Below, piece by piece: positions 48,737-59,217 of a stretch of 64,000 nucleotides of DNA. The position numbers and the translations under genes were made by a program. Under the pieces are notes generated by a model. The model searched no databases, was not told where the DNA came from, and was given only the letters and a program-made list of their open reading frames with translations. How positions within the stretch are numbered: position 1 is the stretch's first letter; the number at the start of each line of letters is the position of its first letter. Location of the stretch: NCBI GenBank assembly GCA_963796685.1, contig CAWCMR010000025.1:928001-992000 (forward strand). The letters run 5' to 3'. This DNA comes from an uncultured delta proteobacterium. GTDB taxonomy: Bacteria > Myxococcota_A > Polyangia > Fen-1088.

Positions 48737-51376
48737 ATGGCAAGGAAGCCCACTTCGTTCACTCTCTTCTGGCGCGCCGAGCACGCCGCGCCCCGGACCT
48801 TGCGAACCGGGCGCGTGGCCTTGCACCACCTCAATGTGCTCGACGACCTGCCACCGCTGCCCGCGATCGTGCTTTACCCCGCGTTTCTTACCCCTGCCGT
48901 CCACGTCGCCGGCGCGCACGAGGGCATGTTCGAGATCTTGATCTTCGCGCGCAAAGCTCCGGCGCTGACCGCATCGGATGTCAATTGGCATCTCAAGATC
49001 GCCCCGGGCATGGATCCGCAGAAGCATGCGTCGGACCAGCCCCTGTTCGCGAACCCCAAGGACAACATCCTTGTCGAGGTCGTCGTGCCGGATGGCAACG
49101 GCACGCTTTCCACCAAGAATGTTTTCCACGGACAGCTCCACCCCACGGTACGCAACCGATTGGCGACCGACCCGAGCACGACTCCGCTTGGGACGTACTA
49201 TGCGGTTCGCATCAAGGAAGGTTGTCTCACCGATCCCCTGGTGACGGGGGGAGGCGGGCGCACGCCGACGCGCGAGCTGCAGGACGAGCTCATCCAGGCG
49301 GTCTTGATGCGCCTCAATGGTCCCGCGCTCCGCGGTCGAGACGGACGCGGCACCCATTGTTTCGCGACCGCCGACGGCATCGTCGATCTGTCCCAGGTCG
49401 AGCGCAAGAAGCCCATCTGCGCTCTCCATCCCCTGTTTTTCTACCCTGCGGGCGGCCTGGCCCCCGCCAGCTTCGGACACGTCTCCGACGTTCATGTCAG
49501 CGCCCGCCAGGACGTATTGCGGCGCTCGCAGGCGCGCGTGATCGACGATGAACGGGCGCTTGCCGACTCGCCACCCATCGGCGATCTCACGAATGTATGT
49601 TCGCACAGCCTGACGGCCATCCTCCAGGCGCTCGGCAAGAGTGACCGCTGGGACATTCTTTTGGCCGGCGGCGACTACGTGGACCACAGTCGCAATGTCT
49701 ATCCCCACGCGGCCGGCAGCCCCGCCCTGGACCCGAACCGCCTGAGCCCGCTCGCGGTCTGGAACCTCATGGATCTGCGGCCAGATCACGGCTACAACGA
49801 CCACTACCAGGCCTTCGTGGATCTCGTGAGCTTCTTCACCCAGATGACCTGGTTTGGCGAAACCTTCGGCAAACCCATCTTCAGCGTCACCGGAAACCAC
49901 GATTGTTACGATGGCGCGTTCGGCATTTCTCCACGCAAGCTCCGCGTTCGCGCCAACGAGGGCATCCCTGCCGACCACAACCTGACCTTCTACGAAGCCA
50001 TTCTGGCCTTCGGGGAAACCTGGGATATCCTGCAGCGCAACAGCTCGCCGTTCACCGCCGCTCTATTCGAGTGGTACTACGCGGTCTTTACTCCCTTCAG
50101 CGATTACGCCGTCGAGCTTGTGAACCAGCGCGTGGTAGGGCTGGCCTGGGGGGAGGACGAGGAGATCGTCAGTGGACCTGGCTCCTACGGTCAGGGGCTC
50201 ACGCACTTGCCCAGGGCCAAAGAAGCCGTCACCGATGCGCAGCTCGCGGTCTTCAACCAGGGCTTTTCGGCCGAGAAGAAGACCGTGCTTTTCACCCACT
50301 TCACCTACCTCAGCTATAAAGAGGAAGTGAGTGAATTGCCCGCGCCCGTCGGCGATACGCGCGAAATCGACGTCGCCGGTCCCGGCGTCATGCGCAAAGG
50401 CGATCCCTTCTCGCACTTCGACATGGGCACCTTCGAGAGAAACCGACGAGCACTCTATGCCTCGGTGGCGGACGCTCAACGCACGCAATTCGCGATCACG
50501 GGCCACTCCCATCGCAAGGGGCTCTACTTCCTCGCGGCGCCCAACGGCGATCACTACCCCGCGGAGATGCATGGTTTCCGCCAGCCCCTCGCCATCGCCA
50601 GCCTGCCCAACAGCGCGAATCGAACTCCGATCGTGGTGTCCGACTCGGCGGGGCCCTTGCCTCGCCGGAACGTGAGAGGTGAGTTCGTCGAGTGGGGCAG
50701 CGATCGGCCAGGAGGAAGCCTGGTCGTGGTCGGGAACGACGGGCGCGTGGCGAGCGTGGAGGCTGTCTCGGTCCCTGACGACGCCCCGAACGTTCGCCGT
50801 GCCAAGCCGCGCCTGGCAGTCGTGCTCGAGTACCTCCACGTGACCAAGAACCACATTTTCGACGCGATCGAGAGCCTGCCGTTTCCCGCCAATCGGCCAA
50901 CCCAACCCCGGTACGGACATGGCCTCGACATCAAATTCAGCAGGGGCTGCCCTGCGCAGCGCTGCCGTCTGGTGTCCGTCGTACTCTACTGTCGCGCTTC
51001 CGCAACCGCTCCATGGCGGCAAATTCCACTCACGGTGGGCCAATGGAAGGGGACCGCCAATCCAGTCACAGTGCGCTGCCAGGCCAACCCGGCCGATGTA
51101 GCGCTCTTCCTGGAGTGGCTCACCATGACCCCCAAGTCTGGCCGCTTCATGTCCATGCGTTGGCAAACCACCGATCCCGAGATAGATGGCGTGTACGAAT
51201 CCAATAGTGCTTGGAACATCGAGGTCGATGCCCGGCCGTCGCGCACGAACTTCATGCACCAGGACCAATCCACATACGTCATCATTCCCACCGCCGCTTC
51301 GGACGGCACCAATCCTCGGCCCGTGGTCGAGGCGCCAAGCTTCGAGTGGCGTCGTCGTTTTCCACAATACCAATGA
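48737..51376 (+). CDS. Large calcineurin-like metallophosphoesterase
   Basis: 'SDVH', 'GDYVD', 'GNHD', 'TH', 'GHSH'. Confidence 0.85.
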   Translation: MARKPTSFTLFWRAEHAAPRTLRTGRVALHHLNVLDDLPPLPAIVLYPAFLTPAVHVAGAHEGMFEILIFARKAPALTASDVNWHLKIAPGMDPQKHASDQPLFANPKDNILVEVVVPDGNGTLSTKNVFHGQLHPTVRNRLATDPSTTPLGTYYAVRIKEGCLTDPLVTGGGGRTPTRELQDELIQAVLMRLNGPALRGRDGRGTHCFATADGIVDLSQVERKKPICALHPLFFYPAGGLAPASFGHVSDVHVSARQDVLRRSQARVIDDERALADSPPIGDLTNVCSHSLTAILQALGKSDRWDILLAGGDYVDHSRNVYPHAAGSPALDPNRLSPLAVWNLMDLRPDHGYNDHYQAFVDLVSFFTQMTWFGETFGKPIFSVTGNHDCYDGAFGISPRKLRVRANEGIPADHNLTFYEAILAFGETWDILQRNSSPFTAALFEWYYAVFTPFSDYAVELVNQRVVGLAWGEDEEIVSGPGSYGQGLTHLPRAKEAVTDAQLAVFNQGFSAEKKTVLFTHFTYLSYKEEVSELPAPVGDTREIDVAGPGVMRKGDPFSHFDMGTFERNRRALYASVADAQRTQFAITGHSHRKGLYFLAAPNGDHYPAEMHGFRQPLAIASLPNSANRTPIVVSDSAGPLPRRNVRGEFVEWGSDRPGGSLVVVGNDGRVASVEAVSVPDDAPNVRRAKPRLAVVLEYLHVTKNHIFDAIESLPFPANRPTQPRYGHGLDIKFSRGCPAQRCRLVSVVLYCRASATAPWRQIPLTVGQWKGTANPVTVRCQANPADVALFLEWLTMTPKSGRFMSMRWQTTDPEIDGVYESNSAWNIEVDARPSRTNFMHQDQSTYVIIPTAASDGTNPRPVVEAPSFEWRRRFPQYQ

Positions 51377-52564
51377 GACCGCAAACGACAAGAGGGCACA
51401 CCAGTGTATTCGTGGGGGTGGCAATCATGGCTTTGACAGTGGATGCGCAGGCACGTCAGAACCTGTGGCTGTACCGCATGGATGCGAAACTACAGCAGAT
51501 AGGTGCGAAAAGCTGGGCCGTGCCGGAGGGCGCGGTGCTGGCACCGCTTTTCGTCATGCCAGGGGGAGAGATCGTGGCGCTGGTGCAGCCGCCAACCCCG
51601 GCCCCTCTTCTACTCATCCGCTGGAGCACAGAAGGCAAGGAACTGCTACGGCGACCGCTCCCGGCGCGCGAGGCGTTCGACGTGACGGCAACGGCCGATC
51701 GGAACCTGGTCATCGTGACAGGCTCCGAGCTGTTGCGCGTCTCGACTGCGGATGGGGAGGCCGTCGCACGCCGGTCGCTGCCTTTTCCGGCCAAGCCGGC
51801 CTCCACCGTGAAGGCCTCTGTGGGCGGCGCCTGGTTTGCCTTTTCCGATCGTCTCGTCCACGTGCGCTTCGACGCCCAGGACACGACCCTGACGTTTCCG
51901 CTCACCAAGTTGCCCGGAGGCGAGCTGCGCGCAAGGCGGCCTCTGCCAGAAGGTCGAGGCCGAGCACGGGATCCTTGCCCTCACAGACGACGGATGTCTC
52001 GTGACCGAGTACGTGACTCACGAATTCAAGGTGAAGGGGACATACTCGCCCGACACCGCGACCGTGACGGTCCTGACATCGGTGGCAGCCACGGGCAAGC
52101 CACAGGCGCAGATCCAGATCGGAAAAGTGACCAGTAGCCTCGAGTGGTTCTGGTCGGAGAAAGGAGGCCCGAGCAACCCATCTTTCATACCAAGCGACAT
52201 GGGCCTCGCGCGAACCAGATATGACAGCGATAACAGTGTTGTCAGTGCCGCCCCTCTCGCTGATGGCGGGGTTCTTCTATTAACGCGGCGTGATAGGGCG
52301 CTTGTTCGACTCGATCGCTCGCTTCGAAGAGTCTGGCTGCAGAAGGTCGACAGCCAATTCGGCACCGACTTCTCGCCACCTTGGACGAGCGGCATTCTCT
52401 TTCTCCCCGGAGGAAGCACGTTTTGCGAGATATCCCCCGACGGGCGCCGGCACCGCGACGGCTACTACTACGATGAAGTTCCCAAGTCCCGCACTGAACG
52501 GACACCGATCCGGGTCGCAGTTGGTCAAAACCAGGCGGATGAATGGCTGATCGTCAATTACTGA
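51373..52564 (+). CDS. Secreted beta-rich protein, copy 1 (immunity candidate); frameshift ~51893-51925
   Basis: ATGA overlap with the metallophosphoesterase stop; signal peptide. Confidence 0.65.
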
Positions 52565-53752
52565 GCTCGCGCGCTCCCAGAATCTACGCAAGCATATGGA
52601 TCGGGGTTGCAATCATGGCATTGACGGTGGATGCGCAGGCACATCAAAACCTATGGGTGTACCGCCTTGATGCGAAGCTACAGCAAATCGGTTTGAAAAG
52701 CTGGGCCGCGCCGGAGGGCGCTGTGCTGGCACCGCTTTTCGTCATGCCAGGGGGAGAGATCGTGGCGCTGGTGCAGCCGCCAACCCCGGCCCCTCTTCTA
52801 CTCATGCGCTGGAGCACAGAAGGCAAGGAACTGCTACGGCGACCGCTCCCGGCGCGCGAGGCGTTCGACGTGACGGCAACGACCGATCGGAACCTGGTCA
52901 TCGTGACAGGCTCCGAGCTGTTGCGCGTCTCGACTGCGGATGGGGAGGCCGTTGCGCGCCACCCGCTGCCTTTTCCGGCCAAGTCGGCCTCCGCCGTGAA
53001 GGCCTCTGTGGGCGGCGCCTGGTTTGCCTTTTCCGATCGTCTCGTCCACGTGCGCTTCGACGCCCAGGACACGACCCTGACGTTTCCGCTCACCAAGTTG
53101 CCCGGAGGCAGACTGCGCGCAAGGCGGCCTATGTCAGAAGGTCGAGGCCGAGCACGGGATTCTTGCCCTCACAGATGATGGATGTCTCGTGACCGAATAC
53201 GCAACCCACGAATTCAAGGTCAAAGGGAAATACACGCCCGATACAGCGACCGTGACGGTCCTGACATCGATCACAGCCACGGGCAAATCACAGGCGCAGA
53301 TCCAGATTGGAAAAGTGACCAGTAGCCTCGAGTGGTTCTGGTCAGAGAAAGGCGGCCCGAGCAACCCATCTTTCATACCAAGTAACATGGGCCTCGCGCG
53401 AAGCCGATATGACAGCGATGATAGTGTTGTCAGTCCCGCCCCTCTCGCCGATGGCGGGGTTCTCCTCCTAACGCGTCAGGACAGGGCGCTTGTTCGACTC
53501 GATCGCTCGCTTCGAAGAGTCTGGCTACACAAGGTCGATGATGAGTTCGGAACCGACTTCTCGCCACCTTGGACAAGCAGCATTCTCTTCCTTCCCGGAG
53601 GGGGAACCTTTATTGAGATATCCCCCGATGGGCGCCGGCACCGCGAGGGCTACTACTACGATGAAGTTCCCAAGTCCCGCACTGAACGGACACCGATCCG
53701 GGTCGCAGCTGGTCAAGACCAGGCGGGCGAATGGCTGATCGTCAATTACTGA
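52543..53752 (+). CDS. Secreted beta-rich protein, copy 2; same frameshift ~53081-53113
   Basis: 1188-bp tandem duplicate of copy 1. Confidence 0.65.
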
Positions 53753-53769
53753 AGGCCAAGTATCCCGGA

Positions 53770-54930
53770 TCAGGCTGCGCTTGCAGTGGCGTTCCGAAGC
53801 GACAAGGTGCAGGGGCCTTTCGGCGCCTCCTCGATGCGTAGCTGGTTCTTGTCCGTCGTGCCTTCCTGCTGGCTTCCATCGTTGAACTTGAGCTCGTAGT
53901 GCAGCCCCTCCACAGACTTGCCTTGCTCGTCGACGAAGACAAGCGACAGCAAAGCCGTTTGCACCTCGGGCGGACCAGCCGGGGCTGCAGGCGAAGGTGG
54001 CTCGTCGGGGACATCATCGTCGGGGGAGGACGGCGCGGCGCCGGATCCCACTGGCTCGTGCACGTCGAGCAGTCGGAGCTTGCACTGGCCAGGATCGATG
54101 TCGTGGTTCGCCCACAGCCCGCCGCCATCGCCGAAGTCGCCCGTCACGACGGTACCATCGGGCAGCTCGATCTCGTAGCGACCCGCGCACGCATGGCCTG
54201 CCTCGTTCACCGCCTCGATCTCGATCCACTCCGGCTTCCTCAGCATCGCCTTCATCCGCGACGGCGTGATGGGGTCGTCCGGCACCGAGCTCGAGAACGA
54301 TGGAGCGTTGCTGCGGCGAAGAAGAACCACGCCATTCGGAAACAAGGGTGGCCGCCAATCCGAGGCAAGCACGTCGCCAGCCCTGCGCAGCAGACTGGAC
54401 AGGTCCTTATCGGCGCCGGAGCTCTTGGCCAGCTCATCCAGAACCTGGACGGCGCTGGCATGGGGGACCACCTCGTAGCTATTTCGGTCGGGTAGGCGGG
54501 TCAGATCTTGGTCCGCGACCAGCTTGTAGTGTCGTCCGGCGTTGCTCAACCGACGGTGGGTTCTGCGCTCGATTTCCCGCACCAACTGGCGCTGCTCGGC
54601 GGTGCTGTCTTGCGCCACTGCCGAACCATCCGCCCTGGAAAGGACAACCAGGCTGCAGTTCCGAATGGCGTCACCGATCATGGCCAGAAGCGCCTGATCC
54701 GTGATCGACGAAAGCGGAAAGCTCGTCAGCCGAACTTCGCGTGCGAAGGTGCGGACGCTTACCAGATCTTGCCGCCTGATCTGAGCGACCAAGGGATATC
54801 CCCGCCTTGGGGACAAGGATTGAAAGGCGTCCCCTCGACACAAGCGTATGGCGTCGGTAGCTCGCACCAAGACGAGCTGCTCCGTGTGCCAAGATGGCGA
54901 CAGCAAGAGCGATGGACACTCGAGAGCCAT
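53770..54930 (-). CDS. Hypothetical protein with two C-terminal TTR-like beta-sandwich modules
   Basis: 'WIEIEAVNEAG...RYEIELPDG...IDPGQC' and 'FVDEQGKSVEGLHYELKFNDG...EGTTD...GPC'. Confidence 0.7.
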   Translation of the reverse strand: MALECPSLLLSPSWHTEQLVLVRATDAIRLCRGDAFQSLSPRRGYPLVAQIRRQDLVSVRTFAREVRLTSFPLSSITDQALLAMIGDAIRNCSLVVLSRADGSAVAQDSTAEQRQLVREIERRTHRRLSNAGRHYKLVADQDLTRLPDRNSYEVVPHASAVQVLDELAKSSGADKDLSSLLRRAGDVLASDWRPPLFPNGVVLLRRSNAPSFSSSVPDDPITPSRMKAMLRKPEWIEIEAVNEAGHACAGRYEIELPDGTVVTGDFGDGGGLWANHDIDPGQCKLRLLDVHEPVGSGAAPSSPDDDVPDEPPSPAAPAGPPEVQTALLSLVFVDEQGKSVEGLHYELKFNDGSQQEGTTDKNQLRIEEAPKGPCTLSLRNATASAA

Positions 54931-55016
54931 GGCTGCATTCTACGCAATCTCCGGGCCGCTGGGTAGGGCTTGTGTAGGTGTCTCGAACACCGTCACAAGG
55001 GTGTGCTATCAGACAG

Positions 55017-55919
55017 ATGGAATTGAGCGCCCCTCGCCACTCGTCCGGTACCACCCAGCACGCCTCGCTAACTGCGCTGGCTTCATCCTGTCTGTTCGCC
55101 ACCATGGCCATGGTGGTACGCCTGGCATCGCACAACATTCCCGGTCCCGAGGTCGCGTTGGTGCGCTTCGCGGCTGGCATCGCCGCAGTCGTCGTTGCGC
55201 TCGCCGTTCTCCGCGTCGAGCTGAGGCCACAGCGTTGGGGATGGCTCATTTCACGGGGCGTGTTCGGCGGCACGGCGGCCCTGCTCTACTTCGCCTGCAT
55301 CGCGAGGATTGGCGTGGGCATGGCCACCCTGCTCAACTACACGGCGCCGGTGTGGTCCATGATGTTCGCCTGGTTGTTCCTGCACGAACGCCCAGGTAGA
55401 CAGGCCTTTGTTGCGCTTCCCATGACCCTGGTCGGAGTCGCGCTCGTGACCAGCGCCCGCGCCGGCACGTGGCACCTCGGGATTTGGGAAAGCGTGGCCG
55501 TGCTTTCCGCCATTCTATCGGGCATGGCCATCACCTCGATTCGTGCCACGCGCAGGGAAGGCACCGACGGGACCCCGCGCGAGAGCAGTTGGACCGTCTT
55601 CGCGTCGTTCACCACACTGGGTTTCTTCGCCGCGCTGCCGACGGTGTTTTCGCCGCTGGGTAGCTGGGTCTCCCCCACGGCACGCGAGTGGTTGCTCCTT
55701 CTGATGTGCGGCGGACTGAGCGTTACGGCCCAGCTTCTGATGACCAAGGCCCTGGGCAAGCTGACTGCAGTCGGCCTGGGCATCATCCAGCAAGCGACGG
55801 TCGTGCTGACCATGGTCGGGGGCATCGCCTTCTTCGGCGAAACCCTCACTCTACGCTCAGCCGCGGGCAGCATCGTCACGCTGACCGGCGTGGTGTGGTC
55901 CGTGCGTTCGAAGCGTTGA
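55017..55919 (+). CDS. DMT/EamA family transporter
   Basis: About ten TM segments; 'RGVFG', 'ATLLNYTAP', 'LHER', 'FGET'. Confidence 0.9.
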   Translation: MELSAPRHSSGTTQHASLTALASSCLFATMAMVVRLASHNIPGPEVALVRFAAGIAAVVVALAVLRVELRPQRWGWLISRGVFGGTAALLYFACIARIGVGMATLLNYTAPVWSMMFAWLFLHERPGRQAFVALPMTLVGVALVTSARAGTWHLGIWESVAVLSAILSGMAITSIRATRREGTDGTPRESSWTVFASFTTLGFFAALPTVFSPLGSWVSPTAREWLLLLMCGGLSVTAQLLMTKALGKLTAVGLGIIQQATVVLTMVGGIAFFGETLTLRSAAGSIVTLTGVVWSVRSKR

Positions 55920-56040
55920 AACGCCCTTGGCGGGGCCGTGATGGGATAGACTGCGCCTTGTGGTATTCGCGAGGACCGCCGCCATTACCGAACACGAAGG
56001 CGGGCGAGAGACGCCAAACCGCTCGAAGAAGGAGATCACC

Positions 56041-57444
56041 ATGAACAACGCACAGCCACCGTTCGCCACGAACGCCTCCTATCCGATCAGGCTGACCAAT
56101 GACCTGGAGTTCTTTGTCGATGGCGAGGAGTCCTTCGCTGCGATCGCGGCGGCCGTCGAACAGGCGCAGAGGTATGTCTACATCACCTGTTGCTACACGA
56201 GCCTCAATTTCCGAATGCGGCCCCCTGCCCAGGAACAGCTGCTGGATCTCTGCCACCGAACGGCGACGCGCGGCGTCCGCGTGGCCCTGCTCTTTTGGCA
56301 GCCGGTGACCCTGACTGGTCAGCCCGACACGGGGGTTGGGGGAACCGTCCCCTACACGCTGCTAGGCACGATCAAGGAGTATGCGCCGGGTGTGCTTGCC
56401 CGCTGGGACCAAGCCAAGGGAATGGGAATTTACCCGGACAAAGCCAGCTGTCACCACCAGAAGACCTTCGTGATTGACGGCCAAGTAGCCTTCGTTGGTG
56501 GCATCAACATGACCCAGGAGTACTGGGACACTCCCGCCCACAAGCCCAACGACGAGCGGCGTATATCCTACGATCTCGTCGATCAGCAGCAGCGCCAGAC
56601 GCGGGCCCAAAGTCCACAGGTGCTCCCCCTACACGACATGTTCTGTCGCTTTGCCGGGCCGGCCGTGGGAGATGTCGAGGCCAACTTCGTCGAACGGTGG
56701 AACGGTGCCACCCGGAAAGAGGATGCACCCGACCTGTCCGACATTCCTGGTGGCGCACAGCCCCCGTCCGGGACCCAAATCCAGGTCCTTCGTACCATCG
56801 CTCCGCACACCTACCCCCATACCGCAGCCGGGGAGCAAAGCATCGAAGAAGCGATCGTCAATGCCCTGAGAGGCGCAAAGAGCTCGGTCTACTTCGAGAA
56901 TCAGTACTTCTTCGACCCCGACGTCGTTGGCGCGCTTCGGTCAGCAGCGATGCGTGGCGTTCGCATCGTGGGGCTTCTTACTCGAGCTCCCGACGCAGGC
57001 CAACTCATGGGTCGGGTGGAACACGTGCTCGAGTTGCCAGCAGTCCAAACCTTCCAATGGACCTTGGGCGATCCCCATATCAAGGAACAAGTGCAACTCT
57101 ATTCGCCCTATACCGAGGGCTCGGCCCCCAACAAAGACATCTACGTTCACGCCAAAGTGATGATCGTCGACGACCGCTACGTGATTGTCGGCAGCGCCAA
57201 TATCAGCTTCACCAGCATGGATTTTCACTCCGAGATGTGCGTATTGGTCGACGACGCGCGGCGGGCTCTTGCACTCCGACGACGCTTGTTTGCTGAGCAC
57301 CTCTGTCTTTCGGAGAGCCAAATTCCCGAGGAATTTGGACAAGGCGCAGACGTCTGGCACCAACACGGCGCGGCGAATGCTGTGGCTCTCCAGTCGGGCC
57401 AAGTACTCCGCAGTCGAGTCGTCCCTCTTGAGGCGTCCCTGTGA
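56041..57444 (+). CDS. Phospholipase D family protein
   Basis: Two HKD motifs, 'HQKTFVID...GGIN' and 'HAKVMIVD...GSAN'; 'ENQYF'; AGGAG RBS. Confidence 0.92.
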   Translation: MNNAQPPFATNASYPIRLTNDLEFFVDGEESFAAIAAAVEQAQRYVYITCCYTSLNFRMRPPAQEQLLDLCHRTATRGVRVALLFWQPVTLTGQPDTGVGGTVPYTLLGTIKEYAPGVLARWDQAKGMGIYPDKASCHHQKTFVIDGQVAFVGGINMTQEYWDTPAHKPNDERRISYDLVDQQQRQTRAQSPQVLPLHDMFCRFAGPAVGDVEANFVERWNGATRKEDAPDLSDIPGGAQPPSGTQIQVLRTIAPHTYPHTAAGEQSIEEAIVNALRGAKSSVYFENQYFFDPDVVGALRSAAMRGVRIVGLLTRAPDAGQLMGRVEHVLELPAVQTFQWTLGDPHIKEQVQLYSPYTEGSAPNKDIYVHAKVMIVDDRYVIVGSANISFTSMDFHSEMCVLVDDARRALALRRRLFAEHLCLSESQIPEEFGQGADVWHQHGAANAVALQSGQVLRSRVVPLEASL

Positions 57445-57461
57445 GGCTCACGACTCCATTC

Positions 57462-58349
57462 CTACCAGGTCATGCAGAAGTGCATGTGTGATGCGTGTTG
57501 CACGATGGACTGGCATGTTCCGGCCGTGCAGTGCGTGCTCTCACAATCCGAATCGGCACTGCAATCGGACCCCACCGGCAAGTCATAGGTCCCGGCTCCT
57601 GGCGCGCACACGTAACCGGCATCGGGGGAGCAGGTATGGGAGGCGCACTCTTCACCGCGGTAACACCGCTCTCCATCGGCCAACAGGCGTACGCAGGCGT
57701 GCGGCGCGGACGAGAGATCCATGGGCCGGCAGACCAGGCCGTCGGCAACGGAGCAGTAGTGGCCGGTAGGGTTCGGGGAAAGGTAGTCGGAAAAGGATTC
57801 ACCGAGGGTGGCCGAGCACGAGTCGCCCTCTTTGCCCGGCAGCATCTGGTAGCAGGCGGCCCCGATTCCCGGTTTGCAATCCGTGGTCGCCTGGGGAATG
57901 CTCGCGCAATCAGCGGTGGCCTGGCAGGTGGCCCCTGGGGCGAGCACACCGTCGGGCTCGGACCACAGCCGGGAGCAGGCCGAGGTCGGGTCTGGGGGCC
58001 AGAACTCCGGCATGCAGGATGACGTGCTCGCGGATTGAGATAGTTCCGCGAGACAGGCGGACCGCAGACCAGGATCGTGGGAGAAGCCGTGCCCAAGCAG
58101 GTTCGATGTACAGACCGACTTGTGCTCCGCGGCGGTGTGCTGTGGCTCGGTGGCGTTGCGAATACGCCTGCAGCAGTCGGCCGCCTGAGCGCAGGCTTGG
58201 TCGACGAAATCCTGATCGGCTGCGGTCGGCTGCCAGCAACCACCATCGCATGCCACCGTGTTTCCAGGTTTTGTCGCGCTCGAGCCTCCACATCCGGCCA
58301 AGGCTCCCAGAGCGAATATCGCGGTCGACGCTGCCGAGAACGCTCTCAT
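57462..58349 (-). CDS. Cys-rich lipoprotein
   Basis: Lipobox LAGC; 'GxxCxxxxDCxSxxC' repeats. Confidence 0.75.
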   Translation of the reverse strand: MRAFSAASTAIFALGALAGCGGSSATKPGNTVACDGGCWQPTAADQDFVDQACAQAADCCRRIRNATEPQHTAAEHKSVCTSNLLGHGFSHDPGLRSACLAELSQSASTSSCMPEFWPPDPTSACSRLWSEPDGVLAPGATCQATADCASIPQATTDCKPGIGAACYQMLPGKEGDSCSATLGESFSDYLSPNPTGHYCSVADGLVCRPMDLSSAPHACVRLLADGERCYRGEECASHTCSPDAGYVCAPGAGTYDLPVGSDCSADSDCESTHCTAGTCQSIVQHASHMHFCMTW

Positions 58350-58579
58350 GGCAACCATTGTAGGCGAAAACGACCGCTGGTCCAAGACGCCTCGATGACT
58401 GGAAGTCTTTGCAGCGGGCGTTCCTGATCCGCGGAAAGCCCTCCCAAGACGAGTCGAGGTAGCGGCGGGTCGGCTCGGATGGATAGAGCAGACAAAGTCT
58501 ATATAGGTCTAGAATACTAACTGCATTCCCGGTACATTACCGTCGGGCCAGCACCTCCGCCCACGCAAAGGAAAATGTA

Positions 58580-59134
58580 ATGACAATGCTCCGTGCAGTG
58601 CTTGCCGCCGCCATCCTCAACGTTTCGGCTTGTGCATCTGTCCCTATGGCCCCTGACAATTGGGACTCCACGGCCAAGGCATTTGCTCCCCCGCCTCCTG
58701 ATCGGGCCCACGTCTATGTCTATCGAAACGAGTCGTTTGGCGGCGCCGTGAAGATGGATCTTTTCATGGACGGGTTGCCGGCCGGCACCACGGTATCGAA
58801 AACCTTTGCGCTCGTGCCGGTTCGGCCCGGACCGCACAAATTCGTGTCGAAGGCGGAAAATGACTCCGAGCTTCCTCTCATTGCCCAACCTGGACAGAAC
58901 ATCTTCATCTGGCAAGAGGTGAAGATGGGGTTTCTCTACGCGCGAAACAAGCTGCAACTGGTATCGCCGCAGCAGGGGCAAGCAGGCGTACTCGAGTGCA
59001 AGCTCATCGCCGCGCCACCGCCGCAGCTCCCACCGTTGCTGCCGGCGGCCCCCCCTCCCGCGGCACCGCCGCAGCCGCCCGCCATGCCGCCACCGCCTTC
59101 GGCAGCGGTGATTCCTGCCGCGCCAAATTCCTAG
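58580..59134 (+). CDS. DUF2846 family lipoprotein
   Basis: Lipobox VSAC; 'AHVYVYRNESFGGAVKM', 'WQEVKMG'. Confidence 0.85.
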   Translation: MTMLRAVLAAAILNVSACASVPMAPDNWDSTAKAFAPPPPDRAHVYVYRNESFGGAVKMDLFMDGLPAGTTVSKTFALVPVRPGPHKFVSKAENDSELPLIAQPGQNIFIWQEVKMGFLYARNKLQLVSPQQGQAGVLECKLIAAPPPQLPPLLPAAPPPAAPPQPPAMPPPPSAAVIPAAPNS

Positions 59135-59217
59135 CGTGGAGATCCCCCGGCTCCCCTTCTGACGCAACAACGGGTCCCTCCTCAGGAGCGAAACCTGCTT
59201 CCGAAAGGGACATGCAC

